NCBI GenBank assembly: GCA_964234715.1
Contig: OZ174280.1
Reading direction: 5' to 3' (one strand)
Length of the DNA stretch: 64,000 nucleotides
Origin: Podarcis melisellensis
Taxonomy: Eukaryota
The notes beneath the pieces were generated by a model. It worked only from the letters and a program-made list of their open reading frames with translations. It was not told where the DNA came from and made no database searches. The translations under genes and the position numbers were made by a program. Positions 60,579 through 64,000 of the stretch are shown in pieces. How positions within the stretch are numbered: the first letter of the stretch is position 1; each line of letters opens with the position of its first letter.

Positions 60579-61464
60579 ATAGAATCATAGAATCATAGAG
60601 TTGGAAGAGACCACAAGGGCCATCGAGTCCAACCCCCTGCCAAGCAGGAAACACCATCAGAGCACTCCTGACATATGGTTGTCAAGCCTCTGCTTAAAGA
60701 CCTCCAAAGAAGGAGACTCCACCACACTCCTATAGGTGGAATCTTCTTTCTTGTAGTTTGGATCCATTGCTCCGTGTCCGCTTCTCTGGAGCAGCAGAAA
60801 ACAACCTTTCTCCCTCCTCTATGTGACATCCTTTTATATATTTGAACATGGCTATCATATCACCCCTTAACCTCCTCTTCTCCAGGCTAAACATGCCCAG
60901 CTCCCTTAGCCATTCCTCATAAGGCATCGTTTCCAGGCCTTTGACCATTTTGGTTGCCCTCCTCTGGACACGTTCCAGTTTGTCAGTGTCCTTCTTGAAC
61001 TGTGGTGCCCAGAACTGGACACAGTACTCCAGGTGAGGTCTGACCAGAGCAGAATACAGTGGCACTATTACTTCCCTTGATCTAGATGCTATACTCCTCT
61101 TGATGCAGCCCAGAATTGCATTGGCTTTTTTAGCTGCCGCGTCACACTGTTGGCTCATGTCAAGTTTGTGGTCAACCAAGACTCCTAGATCCTTTTCACA
61201 TGTACTGCTCTCAAGCCAGGTGTCACCCATCTTGTATTTGTGCCTCTCATTTTTTTTTGCCCAAGTGCAATACTTTACATTTCTCCCTGTTAAAATTCAT
61301 CTTGTTTGTTTTGGCCCAGTTCTCTAATCTGTCAAGGTCGTTTTGAAGTGTGATCCTGTCCTCTGGGGTGTTAGCCACCCCTCCCAGTTTGGTGTCATCT
61401 GCAAATTTGATCAGGATGCCCTTGAGTCCATCATCCAAGTCATTGATAAAGATGTTGAATAAGA
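60579..61464 (-). mobile_element. Young CR1 LINE 3' fragment (RT domain C-terminus)
   Basis: IKFADDTKLGG RT motif; ORFs 61247-61438 and 60730-61230 separated by a homopolymer frameshift; (ATTCTATG)n tail. Confidence 0.97.
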
Positions 61465-62358
61465 TTCAAACTGGCCCAACAGCTCACACCAGCCATAGCA
61501 TGACCAAGAAATCACACACATGTGCACACATCTTTAAGCATCTGGAAAGAGATTAAGTGCCTTGCTAAAAGACTAAAACTCAGCAGTGGCCACCCCACAG
61601 TCTAATTCCTGTACCACAGTATGATAGATTCATTTCCAGAATGGCTGCCCTCCCCCTTTCCCTTCTTCCTTTCATTCACAATTTGTGATGCAATCTGTCC
61701 CCTTCTAGTTTTTATAACTTCCCTCATTAAGTCAGCTCAGCTACTGTGGGAAGCCCCGGTAATTAAATAATTTGGGATACAGAATATTTAATTAAATGTA
61801 ATTACACAGGCCATCATCTTGCCAGCCTCCCACCTCACCCCCAGCTGCATCACTGCTAAAAAGGTAGACGGCTGAACCCGGCGCCTCTTTGCCAACACCG
61901 CACCCATGACAAATGTGATCGGAAGTTAATCCGACAGGCGTCTGCAGTAGCATTTGGGCACAAGGACCAATCAGAACCCATTTGCCATTAAAAATAAAAA
62001 CATAAAATTCAAGAGTAGGATTGAGATACAAATAGAATACAGTGGTGCATTTCATGGGCCCAAATTCTTTCAGTGCAGAAAAACGCAGGATTTTGAGCTG
62101 TACTCTTATCTGACTGGCCACACAGCTTTGATAGCCTGCTCATTGCACATTAGATGGAGAGCTTCATCTTTGGGGTTCCTGTGGCATGTGCCTTGAGGAG
62201 TGTTTCACCAATGACACGTGGGAGCAGGAAAATTTCTGCTCCTCTCTAGGCAGGATACTGCAGCCAACATGCTTGCCAAGGCATTGCTTGGAAACAACAG
62301 TGAGAGCCATGAGATAGCTTCTAGTAGTGCACTGAAGGAAATCATTCAAGGATGAGAG

Positions 62359-62612
62359 CAGGGGTAGGCAACCTAAGGCCTGGGGGCCGGATGCGGCCCA
62401 TTCGCCTTCTCATTCCAGCCCGTGGATGGTCCGGGAATCAGCGTGTTTTTACATGAGTAGAATATGTGCTTTTATTTAAAATACATCTCTGGGTTATTTG
62501 TGGGGCATAGGAATTCATTCATTCCCCCCCCAAAAAAAATATAGTCTGGCCCACCACACGGTCTGAGGGACGGTGGACCAGCCCACGGCTAAAAAAAGGT
62601 TGCTGACTCCTG
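62359..62612. mobile_element. hAT (Charlie-group) MITE
   Basis: TIRs caggggtaggcaacct / aggttgctgactcctg; 8-bp TSD gatgagag / gattagag. Confidence 0.9.
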
Positions 62613-63334
62613 GATTAGAGGCTTCTGTTAGCCCACAGTACCACCTACAAAGGAGGGTGTCTGCTGCATCTCTGCATGATTTGTTTTTCTCTCTTGTCTG
62701 CATCCCTTTCACTCCCATCAGGGAGGCAGTAATTCTGTTGATTCTGCTAATGATTAAATCATTCAAGGACTATCAAAGGAGGTTGCTTGAATCACAACTC
62801 TGGATACAAATAAGGAGATATGCCTAAAACAGTAGCCCTGGTTCGTAGGAATATAGGAAACTGCCTTTTTACAGAGTCTGACCATTGGTCCATGTAGCTC
62901 AATGAGAGATGTTGGCAGCATCTCTCTTGGACAAGGGAATCTCCCCCAACTCTACCGCGAGATGCCAGCAGGCCTTCCACTTGCAAGACAGATACCGTAT
63001 CACTGAGCAATGGCCCTTCCCACTGATTTACAGTCCAGATGTTTGCTTGAGCATGTCTAAGCTTAAAACTGGAGGTGGGGCAGGGGTGCATGAACAAGCT
63101 CTTTCCCCAATGCCTCTGTGCATGCAAGTTCTTTGTTAGACCTCTGTGTGTTTAACCTGAAGATCTACTCAGGAGTGCCCTTGGTACAGTCCTTGTGCAG
63201 AGCTTTGCACTAAACATACCAAGGTATCACAAGGAGCCCACATGCCCAGGGGATCTGGGGGAGGTGGCAGGCCTTGCATGGGCACCGCTTCCCAGTTTCA
63301 TGGCAAGGGGTGCCTCATCAGGGCTAGGGAGTTA

Positions 63335-63549
63335 CAGTGGAACCTCTGGTTGAACACGCTACGGGTTATGAGCTCCGGTAACGCAGAAGTAGCCACTCCT
63401 GTTTGCGAACCGGGATGCGAGCGAGAATTGCACACCAGAGGCATGCACGCAGCGGGAGGAGCACTTTCGCTAATGGCGCCTCATGTTACGAGTGGTTTCC
63501 AGTTATGAACGGAACTCCAGAACAGAGTTTGTAACCAGAGGTACCGCTG
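63335..63549. mobile_element. Tc1/mariner-pogo MITE, second family
   Basis: TA + cagtggaacctctggtt ... aaccagaggtaccgctg + TA. Confidence 0.85.
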
Positions 63550-64000
63550 TACACAGAAACACTCAAGTGCGGGTGGGTGATTCCTAGTCCTGCACTCTTC
63601 AAAAGGAGACCTTTTGGAGTGTGCAAAAGTGACAAAGGTGTTCCTCAGTTATTGTAGGGTTGGAAAGCATTGACCAAGGCATTATACTATACAAAAAGCT
63701 GTAAGTGTGTTGTTCTAGCCAAAGGCAATGACTGACTTGTAGTAACAGTCTTAATAAAATAATACAGAACAGAACATACATTGATAATATGCCGACATCC
63801 ATGATGTAAAAGAGAGAAGTTACTAAAAACACCAACCACCTCAAATCCAGCTTGATTTCAGATTAAAGCTCTGAATCACAATTTATAGCAATTTTCCCTG
63901 GTTAGTCAAGAAACCTGTTGGGGTTTACTGCATCCTTCCCTGCCAAACGTGCATCAGCTCAACAAGGAGGGTTGCACACAGTTGCCTATGCTGAAGCAAG

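Noticed and set aside
60730-61438. RT-like ORFs as functional genes (also 24605-25102 and 40335-40715)
   Set aside because: 5'-truncated, frameshifted LINE fragments.
1-64000. CRISPR arrays, operons, rRNA or other prokaryote-type systems
   Set aside because: No regularly spaced repeat-spacer array and no gene-dense segment; all recurring sequences are vertebrate interspersed repeats or microsatellites.

Overview
Non-coding vertebrate DNA from a squamate, most likely a lacertid lizard, judged from its Sauria SINE, Squam2/Squam3-like SINE, BovB, CR1, L2, Rex1, L1 and Penelope content. No cellular protein-coding gene is recognisable. The only ORFs I can assign are decayed transposon proteins: CR1, L2, BovB and Rex1 RT C-termini, an L1 ORF2 tail, a hAT dimerisation domain and a Penelope GIY-YIG tail. 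There are about 50 mobile-element insertions, many with readable target-site duplications (TSDs) and several nested. Between them lies unique sequence that looks like intron or gene desert, with candidate enhancers, a few candidate exons and a possible photoreceptor/pineal-type promoter at about 2.2-2.45 kb (- strand). The main finding is two diverged, TSD-less, TT...AA-bounded LTR-like elements (43473-44521 and 52050-52920, - strand). They share an RNA fold with compensatory base changes and a U-rich internal loop about 250-350 nt upstream of their AATAAA, resembling an ENE poly(A)-binding triple-helix element. Also notable are Penelope-borne minimal hammerhead ribozyme motifs whose stem-II palindrome marks three inversion junctions. 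Family names come from my recognition of the sequence; no database search was run.
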